Origin: Limnothrix sp. BL-A-16
GTDB lineage: Bacteria > Cyanobacteriota > Cyanobacteriia > CACIAM-69d
Assembly (NCBI GenBank): GCA_041937175.2
Contig: CP166615.1
Location: 3,616,001-3,680,000, forward strand
Length of the DNA: 64,000 nucleotides
Direction: 5' to 3'
Each line of letters opens with the position of its first letter. The stretch's first letter is position 1. Below the pieces are notes generated by a model. It made no database searches and was not told the origin of the DNA. It saw only the letters and a program-made list of their open reading frames with translations. A program made the position numbers and the translations under genes. Below, in pieces: positions 30,845 to 41,858 of this stretch.

Positions 30845-31741
30845 TCATTCAAGCGGAGCAGTAACTTTGGGCAAGTCGGGATAGGAACACCAGTCACTCC
30901 AACTGCCGGCGTAGAGACGAGCTTGGGGCAGTCCAGCGCGGGCCAGGGCCCACAGGTTAACGCAGGCCGTCACGCCAGAACCGCAGTAGACGATCGGGGG
31001 CGGATTGGGGGGCAAATCCTGAAAGTGGGATTTTAAGGCGGCGATCGAGTGGGCGCGGCCTTCTGGGTCGCAAACCTGCACCCAGGGATAGTTAATGGCT
31101 CCGGGAATGTGGCCCGCTACGGGGTCGATCGGCTCCACTTCGCCGCGATAGCGAGCGGGTTCTCGGGAGTCAATGATGGTTCCTTCTGCCAACCGTTGGG
31201 CTTGTTTGATTGTGTCGATCGAGGCCAGCAGTTCCAAGCGCGGGCGGGGCACAAACTGACGGACGATCGGGTGGCTGGGTTGGCTGGTGGTGGGCAAACC
31301 AGCTCTTCGCCAGGCCGACCAACCGCCATCCAGCAGCACCACCCGATCGTGGCCCAAATAGCGCAACAGCCACCAGAACCGGGCCGCAAACCCAAATTGG
31401 GAATCGTCGTAGACCGCAACCCACCGATCGGTATCAATGCCCCAAAAGCCCAGTTGATCCACCAGGCGATCGAGCACAGGCAGCGGATGCCGACCGCCAT
31501 GGGGGCCAACGGGCCCAGACAAATCCCGCTCCAAATCCGCATAGACTGCGCCGGGAATATGGGCGGTTTGATATTGCTGTTGTCCCAAGTTGCGATCGCC
31601 CAAGGAAAACCGACAGTCCACCACCACCCAATCCGGATCCGACAGCATTGGGGCCAACTGTTCCGGAGAAATCAGTTGCTCCAACAGCAATTTCGCGGCC
31701 ATGGTTGAGTTTTCCATGCTGCCCCCCAGAGCATTTGCCAA
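30845..31741 (-). CDS. Sulfurtransferase (two-domain rhodanese, SseA-like)
   Basis: HIPGA twice, GGRHPLP, VYCGSGVTAC, YAGSWSDW; start uncertain. Confidence 0.92.
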   Translation of the reverse strand: MANALGGSMENSTMAAKLLLEQLISPEQLAPMLSDPDWVVVDCRFSLGDRNLGQQQYQTAHIPGAVYADLERDLSGPVGPHGGRHPLPVLDRLVDQLGFWGIDTDRWVAVYDDSQFGFAARFWWLLRYLGHDRVVLLDGGWSAWRRAGLPTTSQPSHPIVRQFVPRPRLELLASIDTIKQAQRLAEGTIIDSREPARYRGEVEPIDPVAGHIPGAINYPWVQVCDPEGRAHSIAALKSHFQDLPPNPPPIVYCGSGVTACVNLWALARAGLPQARLYAGSWSDWCSYPDLPKVTAPLE

Positions 31742-31778
31742 AAATGGTATTACGATTAGTTGAAACTTCCACCCCTGC

Positions 31779-32507
31779 TTGATCGTGTCAGTTCTCCTTG
31801 AAGTCCAAGACGTATACGCTGGCTACCTGAAGGGCCTCGACATCTTACAAGGGGTGAATTTAACCCTGGCCCCCGGTGAACTGGTGGCCATCATTGGCCC
31901 CAACGGTGCGGGTAAATCCACCTTGGGCAAAACGATCGCGGGGCTGCTGAACCCCAATCGGGGCCAGATTTTATTTCATGGCGAGTCGATCGGGCACTTG
32001 AAGGCCAATGAGGTGGTGCAACGGGGCGTTTGCTATGTGCCGCAAATTGCCAACGTGTTTCGATCGCTCACGGTCGAAGAAAACCTGGAAATGGGCGCAT
32101 TCATCCTAGAACAACCGATCGGGTCGCTGAAGGAACGGATTTTTACCATGTTCCCCCGATTGCACGAGCGCCGCCACCAGCGAGCGGGCACATTGTCCGG
32201 CGGTGAGCGGCAAATGTTGGCCATGGGCAAGGCCCTGATGCTGGAACCGGCGTTGCTGGTGTTGGATGAGCCTTCCGCTGCGCTTTCGCCCATTTTGGTC
32301 AACGACGTGTTTGAGCAAATTAAGGCCATCAACGGCACGGGCACTTCGATTATTTTGGTTGAGCAAAACGCCCGCAAGGCTTTGGAAATGGCCGATCGGG
32401 GCTATGTGCTAGAAGCAGGGCGCGATCGCTTCACAGGGCCCGGCCAAGATCTGCTCAACGATCCAAAAGTGGCGGAACTCTACCTCGGTGGCGCTGCCGC
32501 CCACTAA
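31779..32507 (+). CDS. Branched-chain/neutral amino acid ABC ATPase (LivF-like)
   Basis: GPNGAGKST, LSGGERQ, LDEPS, VEQNA. Confidence 0.92.
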   Translation: MIVSVLLEVQDVYAGYLKGLDILQGVNLTLAPGELVAIIGPNGAGKSTLGKTIAGLLNPNRGQILFHGESIGHLKANEVVQRGVCYVPQIANVFRSLTVEENLEMGAFILEQPIGSLKERIFTMFPRLHERRHQRAGTLSGGERQMLAMGKALMLEPALLVLDEPSAALSPILVNDVFEQIKAINGTGTSIILVEQNARKALEMADRGYVLEAGRDRFTGPGQDLLNDPKVAELYLGGAAAH

Positions 32508-32842
32508 CTAGGCCGCCCATGAGTTGGTTTGGGCGATCGTGATTTGGTCTCGGTCTCTCATCGCAATTTCAAGAGCCGTTGGCTGCGACCCAATGCCCGA
32601 TCGATCGCCCCGCCAAGAACAGCCGTTGCTGAACCCACCGCCCCCGAACCTGGGCCTTGCACCCACAGATCTCGCCAGCCTTCTATACTGAATCTTTACG
32701 AGATTTTTTCGCTGGATTTTCTGCGCTGGATTTCGCAAGGCATCACTGCGCCTTCCTCGTCAGTGTTCGCCCGCATCCATTGCATTAGCCTCCACGCATT
32801 TGCATCCTTTGCATCTTTTGCATTTCATTGAGCAGCAAGCCT

Positions 32843-33943
32843 ATGTCGGTATTGGTGGCGATCGGTGTATTGGCGTTGCTGGTGTTCGTTCACGAATTAG
32901 GACACTTCGCAGCGGCTCGGTTACAGGGCATTTACGCCAACAAGTTTTCCTTGGGTTTTGGGCCCGTCCTCTGGAAATATCAGGGGCCGCAAACGGAATA
33001 CGCCATTCGTGCCATTCCCCTCGGGGGCTTTGTGGGCTTCCCGGATGACGACGAAGACAGCTCCATCCCCGCCGATGACCCCAACTTGATGCGCAATCGC
33101 CCGATCGCCGATCGAGCCATTGTGATTGCGGCCGGCGTGGTGGCCAATTTGATTTTTGCCTATGGGGTTTTGGCGGCTCAATACGGCTTCATGGGCGTGC
33201 CCAATGGCTTCCGCTACGAAGCAGGGGTGATTGTGCCCCAAGTGCTGGCTCCTGACAATCCGGCCGGGCGAGCCGGACTGAAGGCAGGGGACATCGTGCA
33301 GGCGATCGATGGGCAACCCCTCAGCGCCGAACAAGAAAGCGTGAAGGTGTTGATGGAGCAGATCAAGGCCAGCCCCGATCGCCCCCTGAGCCTGGACGTG
33401 CAACGGGGAGCCGATCGCCTCACCCTCCGAGTCACCCCCGAGCTGGACGAAGCGGGCCAAGGACGCATCGGCGTGCAACTGGCCCCCAACGGCCGACCGG
33501 TCTATCGCCCCGCCCGCAACCCGATCGAAGTGTTGACCCTGGCGGCCGATCGATTCCAAACCATGGTGACCCAAACCGCTGGCGGCTTCTTGACCCTGGC
33601 GGCCAACTTCCGAGAAACCGCGCCCCAAGTGTCTGGCCCCGTCAAAATCATTGAATGGGGAGCCAACATCGCCCAATCCGATGCCGGGAACCTCTTTCCC
33701 TTCATGGCGCTGATCAGCATTAACCTCGCCGTCATCAACATCCTGCCCCTGCCGGCCTTGGATGGTGGGCAACTCTTTTTCCTGGCGATCGAGGCCCTGC
33801 GCGGCGGTCGGCCCTTACCCCAGGAATTTCAAGAAAACGTCATGCAAACGGGTTTGGTGCTGCTGTTGGGCCTGGGCATTTTGTTAATCGTGCGCGACAC
33901 CACCCAACTGGAATGGGTGCAACGGTTGCTGCAACAACAATAG
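32843..33943 (+). CDS. rseP: RIP metalloprotease RseP with PDZ domain
   Basis: HELGH, PDZ domain, NILPLPALDGG. Confidence 0.93.
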   Translation: MSVLVAIGVLALLVFVHELGHFAAARLQGIYANKFSLGFGPVLWKYQGPQTEYAIRAIPLGGFVGFPDDDEDSSIPADDPNLMRNRPIADRAIVIAAGVVANLIFAYGVLAAQYGFMGVPNGFRYEAGVIVPQVLAPDNPAGRAGLKAGDIVQAIDGQPLSAEQESVKVLMEQIKASPDRPLSLDVQRGADRLTLRVTPELDEAGQGRIGVQLAPNGRPVYRPARNPIEVLTLAADRFQTMVTQTAGGFLTLAANFRETAPQVSGPVKIIEWGANIAQSDAGNLFPFMALISINLAVINILPLPALDGGQLFFLAIEALRGGRPLPQEFQENVMQTGLVLLLGLGILLIVRDTTQLEWVQRLLQQQ

Positions 33944-34051
33944 GCTCGCCAATCCAATCAGCTCGCCTAGACCACATCAGCCAACCCAGCCCAAGGATTG
34001 ACTCCATTCAGGCCCCAAAAGCCAACAGCTAACAACTCAACAGCAAAAACA

Positions 34052-34081
34052 AAACGGGGCTAACCATCGTCGGCCCCGTTT
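34052..34081. terminator. Terminator between convergent rseP and petF
   Basis: AAACGGGGC..GCCCCGTTT stem flanked by A/T runs. Confidence 0.65.
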
Positions 34082-34115
34082 CGTATGGGTTGGGCATTGC
34101 TACCCGAAGAAAGGC

Positions 34116-34409
34116 TTAGTACAGCTCTTCTTCCTTGTGGGTTTCGATCGTGCAGTCTGAAGTGGGGTAAGCAGCACAGGTCAGCACATAGCCCGCTTCG
34201 ATTTGATCGTCATCCAAGAAAGACTGATCCGATTGATCCACCGAACCGGCAGTTACCTTACCAGCACAGGTCGAGCAAGCGCCCGCACGGCAGGAGTAGG
34301 GCAGATCGAGGTTTGCCTCTTCAGCCGCATCGAGAATGAACTGATCGTCGGCGCAGTTGATTACCTTTTCGCCGTCGGGAGTAATGAGCGTTACCTTGAA
34401 GGTCGCCAT
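34116..34409 (-). CDS. petF: Plant-type [2Fe-2S] ferredoxin
   Basis: [28 protein letters not shown]. Confidence 0.96.
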   Translation of the reverse strand: MATFKVTLITPDGEKVINCADDQFILDAAEEANLDLPYSCRAGACSTCAGKVTAGSVDQSDQSFLDDDQIEAGYVLTCAAYPTSDCTIETHKEEELY

Positions 34410-35044
34410 GGTTGTGACTCTCTCTCTCGCGTAAAAACAGGGGCGGTATGGGGCTAACGCAACGGATTAACCGGGTCAATGGCGCAGCTTGCACGGGGTT
34501 GCCAACTGGCGACCATAGGATTTTGACTGCTGACACAACAGTCGCGATCGGGAGTCTCAGTCAACGCGATCGGCGGGATGCCCACTGAACCCTTAGTTAC
34601 GTTTGAGGCCACCGACAATTGAAGCCATGGGGTTAAGACATGGTTCAGCTCCGGCGTAGCCAACCTCGCCTTCTGATGTTACGAGAAATTTTTATTGCTA
34701 CTACGGATGAGCACAGGGATCCGAGAACGTTATTCTTAATCGTTTTTCCAGATTCGATTCTAATTACTTATACTTATTGGATATTTTTGCGAGAATCGAC
34801 AGAGTTTTTGTGGGTTCTTGGCTTAGTCTAAAGTCTTGAAACCAATATTTTCAAGGCTTTCCAGGCTTATTGTTCCGAGACTGCTTCGATTTATAACCCT
34901 AGCTAAAGCTTTGTTTTGAAATAAGAAATTTTTATAAAAACACCTCAAATTGTCGGTTTTCCGGCCCTTCCGCCACCCGAAATCAGCGCTAGGAGACCGG
35001 GGCAAAAGGCTAAGATCGGGGGGCTATGTTCGTGATCTGTAGTC

Positions 35045-36040
35045 ATGCTATTGGGTAATCCGGTGCGCGTCGGCCTGGTGGGCACGGGCTTTGTGGCAAA
35101 GTTGCGGGCGGAGGCCCTGTTGCCGGATGCACAGGGAGACTGGTTGGCGGCCAAGCTGGTAGCGGTGGCGGGACGCACACCGGAGAAGGTGGCGGATTTT
35201 GCGGCAACTTACGGGGCGATCGCCCTGGACTCTTGGCGGGAGCTGGTTAGCCACGCGGATGTGGACCTGGTGATGGTTTGCAACACCAACGCCGAGCGAG
35301 GGGCGATCGTGCGGGCAGCCCTGGAGGCCGATCGCCATGTGGTGACGGAATATCCCTTGGCACTGGATCCCAACGAGGCGGCGGAGTTGGTGGAATTGGC
35401 CCGATCGCGCGATCGGCTGTTGCATGTGGAGCACATTGAGCTGTTGGGCGGTGTGCATCAATCCTTGCGGACTTGGCTGCCCAAAGTGGGCGAGGTGATC
35501 TCCGCTCGCTACAGCACCATCGCGCCGCAAATTCCCACCCCAGGCAAATGGACCTATAACCGATCGCTGTTTGGATTTCCGCTGGTGGGGGCCCTATCTC
35601 GGCTCCATCGCCTGGTGGATGTGTTTGAAAATGTCCGCCAGGTGGGAGCTGTGGCCCGCTACTGGCCAGCGGAGGTGGAGGATTATCACGCCTGTTGGTG
35701 CGAAGCCAGGCTGATCTTTAGCAGCGGCCCGATCGCCACGGTCACCTATGGCAAGGGCGATCGATTTCACGGTTCCCAGCGGCTGCTGGAAGTGCGCGGC
35801 AGTCAGGGCACGTTGATTTATGAAGGCAATCAGGGGCAACTGATCCAAGGCGATCAGGTGACACCGCTGGCGGTGGACGGTCGGCAGGGACTGTTTGCCC
35901 GCGACACCCACGCGGTCTTGGCCTACCTGCTGAATGGCACACCGCTGTATGTGCGCCCGGAAGAGAGTTTATACACACTGCGGGTGGCGGATGCAGCGGC
36001 GCGATCGGCCCATACGGGCCGCCCGATCGACTTGCTATAG
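35045..36040 (+). CDS. bvdR: Biliverdin reductase (Gfo/Idh/MocA fold)
   Basis: VRVGLVGTG, EYPLAL, LHVEHIELLGGVHQ and FGFPLVGALSR match cyanobacterial BvdR. Confidence 0.8.
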   Translation: MLLGNPVRVGLVGTGFVAKLRAEALLPDAQGDWLAAKLVAVAGRTPEKVADFAATYGAIALDSWRELVSHADVDLVMVCNTNAERGAIVRAALEADRHVVTEYPLALDPNEAAELVELARSRDRLLHVEHIELLGGVHQSLRTWLPKVGEVISARYSTIAPQIPTPGKWTYNRSLFGFPLVGALSRLHRLVDVFENVRQVGAVARYWPAEVEDYHACWCEARLIFSSGPIATVTYGKGDRFHGSQRLLEVRGSQGTLIYEGNQGQLIQGDQVTPLAVDGRQGLFARDTHAVLAYLLNGTPLYVRPEESLYTLRVADAAARSAHTGRPIDLL

Positions 36041-36090
36041 AACTTGCTTGCAGAGAATTCGACAAAACCGGCAACTATCGGCAATTGTCT

Positions 36091-36825
36091 ATGTCCTCTC
36101 GTCCTGAATCTGTTAGCTCTGAATCTGTTAGCCCTGAATCTGTTCACCCTGAATCTGTGAGTGCTGAGCCTTTTAGTTCTAAATCCTTTAATTCTGGCTC
36201 CTGTGGCCCCGATCCAGAACAGCCCTATCCCATGCCAGGTCAAGGGCGCTTGGTTTATTTGAAGCCTTTAATTAAAAACCCTCAGATCGTCGTGGGCGAC
36301 TACACTTACTACGATGATCCCGCCGGGCCGGAACGCTTTGAAGCCAATGTGCTCTACCACTTTGACTTCATTGGCGACAAACTGCGAATCGGCAAGTTTT
36401 GTTCGATCGCCGCCGAGTGCAAATTCATCATGAACGGTGGCAACCATCGCACCGATTGGTTCACCAACTATCCCTTTCCCGTGTTTGGCCATGGTTGGGA
36501 AACCGCCATGCCCGACGACTGGCCCCACAAGGGCGACACAGTGATCGGCAATGACGTGTGGTTGGGCTATGGGGTGACGATTATGCCAGGGGTGCAAATT
36601 GGGGATGGGGCGATCGTGGCGACGGGGGCAGTGGTGACCCGATCGGTTGATCCTTACACGATCGTGGGTGGCAATCCGGCCCAACCCATTCGGAAGCGGT
36701 TTGATCAGGAAACGATCGCCGCGCTGCTAGAAATTCGCTGGTGGGATTGGGAGATTGCCAAAATCACCCGCAATTTGCCCGCCATCTGTGGTGGCGATTT
36801 AGCAGCGCTGCGATCGGCCCAATAG
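36091..36825 (+). CDS. Vat/CatB-type hexapeptide O-acetyltransferase
   Basis: VGDYTYYDD, IGKFCSIA, NGGNH, GDTVIGNDVWLG, WWDW. Confidence 0.9.
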   Translation: MSSRPESVSSESVSPESVHPESVSAEPFSSKSFNSGSCGPDPEQPYPMPGQGRLVYLKPLIKNPQIVVGDYTYYDDPAGPERFEANVLYHFDFIGDKLRIGKFCSIAAECKFIMNGGNHRTDWFTNYPFPVFGHGWETAMPDDWPHKGDTVIGNDVWLGYGVTIMPGVQIGDGAIVATGAVVTRSVDPYTIVGGNPAQPIRKRFDQETIAALLEIRWWDWEIAKITRNLPAICGGDLAALRSAQ

Positions 36826-36930
36826 CAATAGCCCAATAGCACCGGCCCAATAACCACCCTCGATCGGCTCATGGTCATGGCCATCATGGGGCGATCGCCC
36901 ACGCTGAAAACCAGAAACCGCTAAAAAACC

Positions 36931-37578
36931 TCAAGGAAGTGCGTCTTTCAGCGCCGTGCGAGCCGCCAGGTGGTTGCGCGTTGAACTCAGAATTTCGGCT
37001 TCCCGTTGCAGGCGCACCGCCGTATCTTGCATTTCCAGCAGGGCCTGTTGTTCCGCCGCCACGCCATAGAGCTTGGCCGCAACCCAGTAGGACAATTCCG
37101 TGGGCAGGGTGGGAATTTCGTCCGGTAGCTCAATTTCCCGATCGGACAGTTTGGCCGACAACCGCACCACGTCCTTCAGCAGGGTTTCCACTTCCCCGGC
37201 CAACCCATACAGATCATCACTGGGGGGATCATCTTGGATCCATTCCACCAAGCCAACGCGGTAGGGCTTGTCGCGCACATATTCCAAGAGCCGAAAGCGC
37301 TGTTGGCCGAGGGTCAACATCTTCAGCCGGCCATCGGGTAACCGTTGATAGCGCAGGACTTCCGCACAACAACCAATGGTGGCAATTTCGCCGCTTTGTT
37401 CATCGGACATCAACACCCCAAACCGTCGATCGGTTTCCAGGATGGTGTTCATCATGATCCGATAGCGATATTCAAAAATGTGCAGCGGCAGGGGTTGTCC
37501 TGGAAACAACACAAGGTCGTTAAGGGGGAACAACGGCAGTTCACGGACGGCGATCGAGGACGGAGAACCCATCGGCAA
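36931..37578 (-). CDS. LON peptidase substrate-binding domain protein
   Basis: ELPLFPL..LPLHIFEYRYRIM, GQQRFR. Confidence 0.92.
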   Translation of the reverse strand: MPMGSPSSIAVRELPLFPLNDLVLFPGQPLPLHIFEYRYRIMMNTILETDRRFGVLMSDEQSGEIATIGCCAEVLRYQRLPDGRLKMLTLGQQRFRLLEYVRDKPYRVGLVEWIQDDPPSDDLYGLAGEVETLLKDVVRLSAKLSDREIELPDEIPTLPTELSYWVAAKLYGVAAEQQALLEMQDTAVRLQREAEILSSTRNHLAARTALKDALP

Positions 37579-37679
37579 AAAGCTGAGAGAGTGAACAAAG
37601 CCGCCGCAAACCGCAATGGCGGGCGGATGCTGGCAGCCCCTAGTCTATCGCACTGGGCGGGTACTGGACGGTTTCGCCC

Positions 37680-38300
37680 CTAGGCCTTGGCTCGTTGATA
37701 GTGCCAGATCAACACAGCCAAGGCATTGGTGGTGATGTGGGCAATGGTGGGAACCAGCAAATTACTCGTCCACCAAGCACTGCCGCAGAGAATAGCCCCG
37801 GTGATGCCGGCCCAAGCGGCATAGGGCCAGTGCTTGCGTCCTGCCAAATGCAGCCAACCAAAGCAAAGGCTAGATCCCAACAGGGCCAGCCAGTCAGCGC
37901 CCAAGCCGGGAAACATCACTCCCCGAAAGAACAGTTCTTCGCTGGCTCCGGGCAACAAGCCCACCCACAGTGCATCCCAGGGCAAGAGGGAAGGCATCAG
38001 CCAGTTGAGATAGGCCTGGGCGCTGCGACGATATCCGGGCCAAACCAGGGCGATCGCGCCGCTGAGGCCGGTGATGGCGAGGCCTAGCCCCAGCCCGATC
38101 GCCGCCTCAGACCAAGACCACACCACGGGCCAGCGCTGCACTTGGCCCAACCAGAGCCACAGTTGCGCCCCTCCCCAAAAGGCCAGGGCCGTGAGGGCGA
38201 TCGTCATCAAAAGCTGCGATCGCTCTAGGGGTTCTAGATCCAAATCCTCAAAATCATTCACAGGGCTTGACGGGGCGGGGCGGGGATGGAGCGAGGGCAA
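37680..38300 (-). CDS. CPBP (CAAX/Abi) intramembrane protease
   Basis: SEELFFRG, FGWLH, AHITTN. Confidence 0.9.
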   Translation of the reverse strand: MPSLHPRPAPSSPVNDFEDLDLEPLERSQLLMTIALTALAFWGGAQLWLWLGQVQRWPVVWSWSEAAIGLGLGLAITGLSGAIALVWPGYRRSAQAYLNWLMPSLLPWDALWVGLLPGASEELFFRGVMFPGLGADWLALLGSSLCFGWLHLAGRKHWPYAAWAGITGAILCGSAWWTSNLLVPTIAHITTNALAVLIWHYQRAKA

Positions 38301-38351
38301 GGGTGCATGAAAAATGGCTCTGAAGGGCGAATCAACGGCGATGGATGGCGC

Positions 38352-39440
38352 TTAATCCCCAGGCGAATCAACCGTTGGTAATAACGGCATGATTGGACTG
38401 GATCGCAAGGCATCGGGCCAGAGGCCGGCCCGGCGGGCCGTGAGCCAACCGATCGCCTCTAAGTATGATCGCACCCGTGTGGCTCGCAAATTCAGCGCTT
38501 CGGGGGGGACTTGCATCGCTGTGGCGTTGTCGTCCACCGCGAGGATATCGGCCCCGGCAGCGGCCCAATGTAAAACGGCCGCGCCACCACAGGCACTGGT
38601 GGGCGTAATCACCACGTCGATCGAGTTGCGGGTGATGTCTAAGGGTTGCCATTGGGCCCAATCGCGCAGGAGTTGAGGCGATCGCCACAGGCCCGCCAGC
38701 ACGCAGGGCAGGAAAGTATGGCCCAATTCTTCGGCGGCCGATCGCGGGGCCAAGTCTGCCGCTGGGGGGCCGCTGACCAAGGCCGGCGCATGGGCACAGG
38801 GCACGGCAAATTCCCGCACCACCAAATGGCTGATCACCGCTTCGGCTCCAGCGATCGGATCCACTCCCCGGCCTTGACGATAGGCGGTGGTTAGGGGGGT
38901 GTCTTCGTCGGGAAAACGGGCCACCACGGCGATCGCCTCGGCTCCGGCTTCGATCGCCCGTTCCGCAGCCCTCAGCAGGCTGGCGGGCTGGGCAATGGTG
39001 CCCCAAGAGGCTCCGGAAGCGGAAATTTTGAGGGCCACTCCCAGGGGGCGATCGGTCACAATCGCCGCCATCACATCAATGCCCAAGGTGGCCCGGGCCG
39101 CATCGGCCGCTTGCAGTTGCCGCCGCTGCAATTCCGGCTCAATAGCCCGATCCAAAATCAGAGCGATCCGGTTTTGGCGCACCGGCCGCAGCCCCCAATC
39201 GCCCGCCGCGAGCCGATCGAGCGCATAGCCCTCCACATAGAGCGTATTGGGCAACGGCCAATAGAGCATGGCCCCGTTCAACACGTTGGGATGGGTGATT
39301 AAACAATCCACCGCCGAGGCCATGGCTCGCGCCACCGGTAGCCCATCGCCTGCATAACCCCCGATCGTTGCACCAATGCCGGTGGGAATCAGCAAGACCG
39401 CCGTAAACGGGCGAGTTCGGTCAACGATCGCAGATTGCAT
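38352..39440 (-). CDS. DUF3326 family protein
   Basis: PTGIGATIGGYAGD, THPNVLNG, EAVISHL, AAEELGHTFLPCVL. Confidence 0.9.
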   Translation of the reverse strand: MQSAIVDRTRPFTAVLLIPTGIGATIGGYAGDGLPVARAMASAVDCLITHPNVLNGAMLYWPLPNTLYVEGYALDRLAAGDWGLRPVRQNRIALILDRAIEPELQRRQLQAADAARATLGIDVMAAIVTDRPLGVALKISASGASWGTIAQPASLLRAAERAIEAGAEAIAVVARFPDEDTPLTTAYRQGRGVDPIAGAEAVISHLVVREFAVPCAHAPALVSGPPAADLAPRSAAEELGHTFLPCVLAGLWRSPQLLRDWAQWQPLDITRNSIDVVITPTSACGGAAVLHWAAAGADILAVDDNATAMQVPPEALNLRATRVRSYLEAIGWLTARRAGLWPDALRSSPIMPLLPTVDSPGD

Positions 39441-39606
39441 CGGGCACAGCTTGCATCAGACGTAGGACATGGAACAACAACAGCTTGGCCCCGGTCTCGC
39501 GCATCGGCCGGGCTTGATCCGGGTATTTGCGGGATGCAGCCGGGAGCCAAACAAGAGCTTCCGGTCTGAAGTTTAAGGCCTGGAGTTTAAGGCCAGCGGT
39601 GCGCCG

Positions 39607-39807
39607 TTAAACGTTCGACTCGATCGGTTCGCTGGTCACCATGCCCGTGGTCACGATTGCTTCCACATTGGCCAGATCATCCTCCACCTGGGTCACAGCC
39701 CAGCGCAACGGCTCACCCCGTTTTTGCAATTCCGTTTCGATCGCCTGGGGCAGCGCGATCGGCGACTCGTTCAAGTCAATCTCAAACTCGATGAAATGGG
39801 TGGTCAT
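39607..39807 (-). CDS. Small conserved cyanobacterial hypothetical protein
   Basis: IETELQKRGEPLRWAVT..VEAIVT. Confidence 0.8.
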   Translation of the reverse strand: MTTHFIEFEIDLNESPIALPQAIETELQKRGEPLRWAVTQVEDDLANVEAIVTTGMVTSEPIESNV

Positions 39808-39989
39808 AGGATTGGATGATCCAAATTGATGAGAAATCGGCAAGCACCAAGGTGGCTGCCAAGGGTATTTCAAGGAAAAGAGCCTTGGATTGATTGGCGC
39901 AAGAAGTTCCAAACATCTCGGCAATCAGTCCCAGTCGTTGTCCTCTATCCTAGGCAGCTCTTGGCCCACCTGGGTCAACCGAGGTCAAC

Positions 39990-41270
39990 CTAGGCTGACT
40001 TGCTGGCGGCATACATGGACTCGCGCACCTGCACCATGGCATCCACCAACCGATCCATTTCGTCTTGGGTATGGAGCGCGTTGGCCGTGATCCGCACCCG
40101 AGGCTTGGCAATGAACCAAATCGGAGAAACCCAAATTCCCTGCTCAGCCATCAGTTGACGGGCGAAATATTTTGGGTTCATGTCCGGTGGCAACAACACG
40201 GGCAACACATTGGTTTCGCCCATCACTTCAAAGTTGGCCGCCGTCAACCGCGATCGCAAATAGCGGGTGTTGTCTTGCAGGCGCTTCACCAGCTCTGGAT
40301 GTTGGCGCACTTGGCGAATACTCTCCAGGGCGGCGGCGGTCATGGGCGGCGGCAGGGAAATGGTTCCGATCGAGGTGGGCGACACATTCATCAGCGGCTT
40401 GAATTCCGCCACATGGGTGCTGATGGCCGCGCCGGCCGAAGCCGCAAACTTCGAGAAGGTGGTCATGATCAGGGGCACAACGCCTTTGGCGATCGCATCG
40501 CTGGGCAAAATCCCAAAATGCTCATAGATGCCGCGGCCCGTGGGCCCCAGCGCGCCGCTGGCGTGGGCTTCGTCCATCAACAGCACAGAGCCGGGATAGC
40601 GACTGAGCACCTCGATCATCTCCGGCAGAGGAGCCACGTCCCCATCCATCGAAAACACCGCATCCGACACCACAAAAATGCGATCGCCGGGCCGCGCATG
40701 GCGCTCCAGCTTGCGAGCCAAATCCTGCGCGTCGCAGTGGCGGTAAGCCTTCACCCGCACATTGGGGCTATAGCTGAAGGTTTTGCCCGATCGCGTCCGG
40801 GCGTGGGCCAGGGCCGAGATGATGCAGCCATGGTTCAACACGTCCGACATGATCAGGGTTTCGCGATCGTGGGTAAAGCCCGGCACCTGAATGGCCAAGT
40901 GGCAAAAACCATCAATCACCGCCTGCATCGCCATCCAGGCATTCATGAACAGTTGCGTGTGAGGCAAATGCTTGAAGCCGGAAATTTCATCTTCCAGTTG
41001 GCGGTGCAGATCAATCCGACCACTTAACACCGAGCAGGAACTATTCGAGGTGCCGTATTGCAAAATTGAGTCGATGGCAGCCTGGCGCACGGCCGGGTTC
41101 ATCGTTAACCCCAGTACGTCATTCGTACAAAAGGTCAGCACCTCGAAGCGTTCCCCCGTTGTCGCCTCCTCAATTTCGACCCAGTTGCCCTGCTTCTGGT
41201 GGCAAATATATTCATCTGGATCGAGATCGCTCTCATACCAGCGCTGGACGTACTCTTTGACGACTTCCAC
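39990..41270 (-). CDS. PLP-dependent alpha-oxoamine synthase family enzyme (BioF/Kbl/SPT-like)
   Basis: NDVLGL, DVLNHG, VFSMDGD, DEAHA, TFSK. Confidence 0.85.
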   Translation of the reverse strand: MEVVKEYVQRWYESDLDPDEYICHQKQGNWVEIEEATTGERFEVLTFCTNDVLGLTMNPAVRQAAIDSILQYGTSNSSCSVLSGRIDLHRQLEDEISGFKHLPHTQLFMNAWMAMQAVIDGFCHLAIQVPGFTHDRETLIMSDVLNHGCIISALAHARTRSGKTFSYSPNVRVKAYRHCDAQDLARKLERHARPGDRIFVVSDAVFSMDGDVAPLPEMIEVLSRYPGSVLLMDEAHASGALGPTGRGIYEHFGILPSDAIAKGVVPLIMTTFSKFAASAGAAISTHVAEFKPLMNVSPTSIGTISLPPPMTAAALESIRQVRQHPELVKRLQDNTRYLRSRLTAANFEVMGETNVLPVLLPPDMNPKYFARQLMAEQGIWVSPIWFIAKPRVRITANALHTQDEMDRLVDAMVQVRESMYAASKSA

Positions 41271-41619
41271 AGGTTTCTCCTCGCCTCAAATTGCTGGTTG
41301 CGATCGATCCTTATCCGACCCAGGGTGCGATCGCGTCGTTGCAGTCACTGCCGCAGATTTCCCGCCAAAACAGCGTAGGAGGGGTTAGGAGTCGGGGGGT
41401 AATGATCCGAGTCTCCTTCCCAATCACTGGGCAGGGTGTGGGATTGCGATGGTTTCGGTGTATTGCGATTTGTTGCGCTCGCAAATTGCTCTTAACTGTA
41501 TCTCAGTTCGCGCCTGCTCTTGCAAGGGGCAATGGATTGGTCATGCAACTGGGCCCCTGTTTATACCCCGCGCGATCGCGCGCAACCCCCTTTGGGACAA
41601 TTCTAAAGATTTGTATTTC

Positions 41620-41668
41620 GTAACTCTTGATACAGAAATTTGCAGGATTTTTTCATCTGCGTTACTCT
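41620..41668 (+). promoter_or_regulatory. NtcA box and sigma70-like promoter upstream of gifA
   Basis: GTA-ACTCTTGA-TAC (41620-41633), then TTGCAG-17nt-TACTCT (41640-41668). Confidence 0.65.
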
Positions 41669-41858
41669 CAGAAGTAGGACAACGGCCTGAAACCGACCTT
41701 GATTTCTGACCCAGCGGAGCCAGTAACCAAGGCCCGATCGGGCCAGGGATTGCCGCCCACCCGGCGCAATGCCTGCATCGCCCTCCAACAGTCCGGGAGT
41801 TAATCAACGGTTGTTGTCGCTATAACCCTCAATCAGTTTTTCCTCGGAGGTTGCTCCC

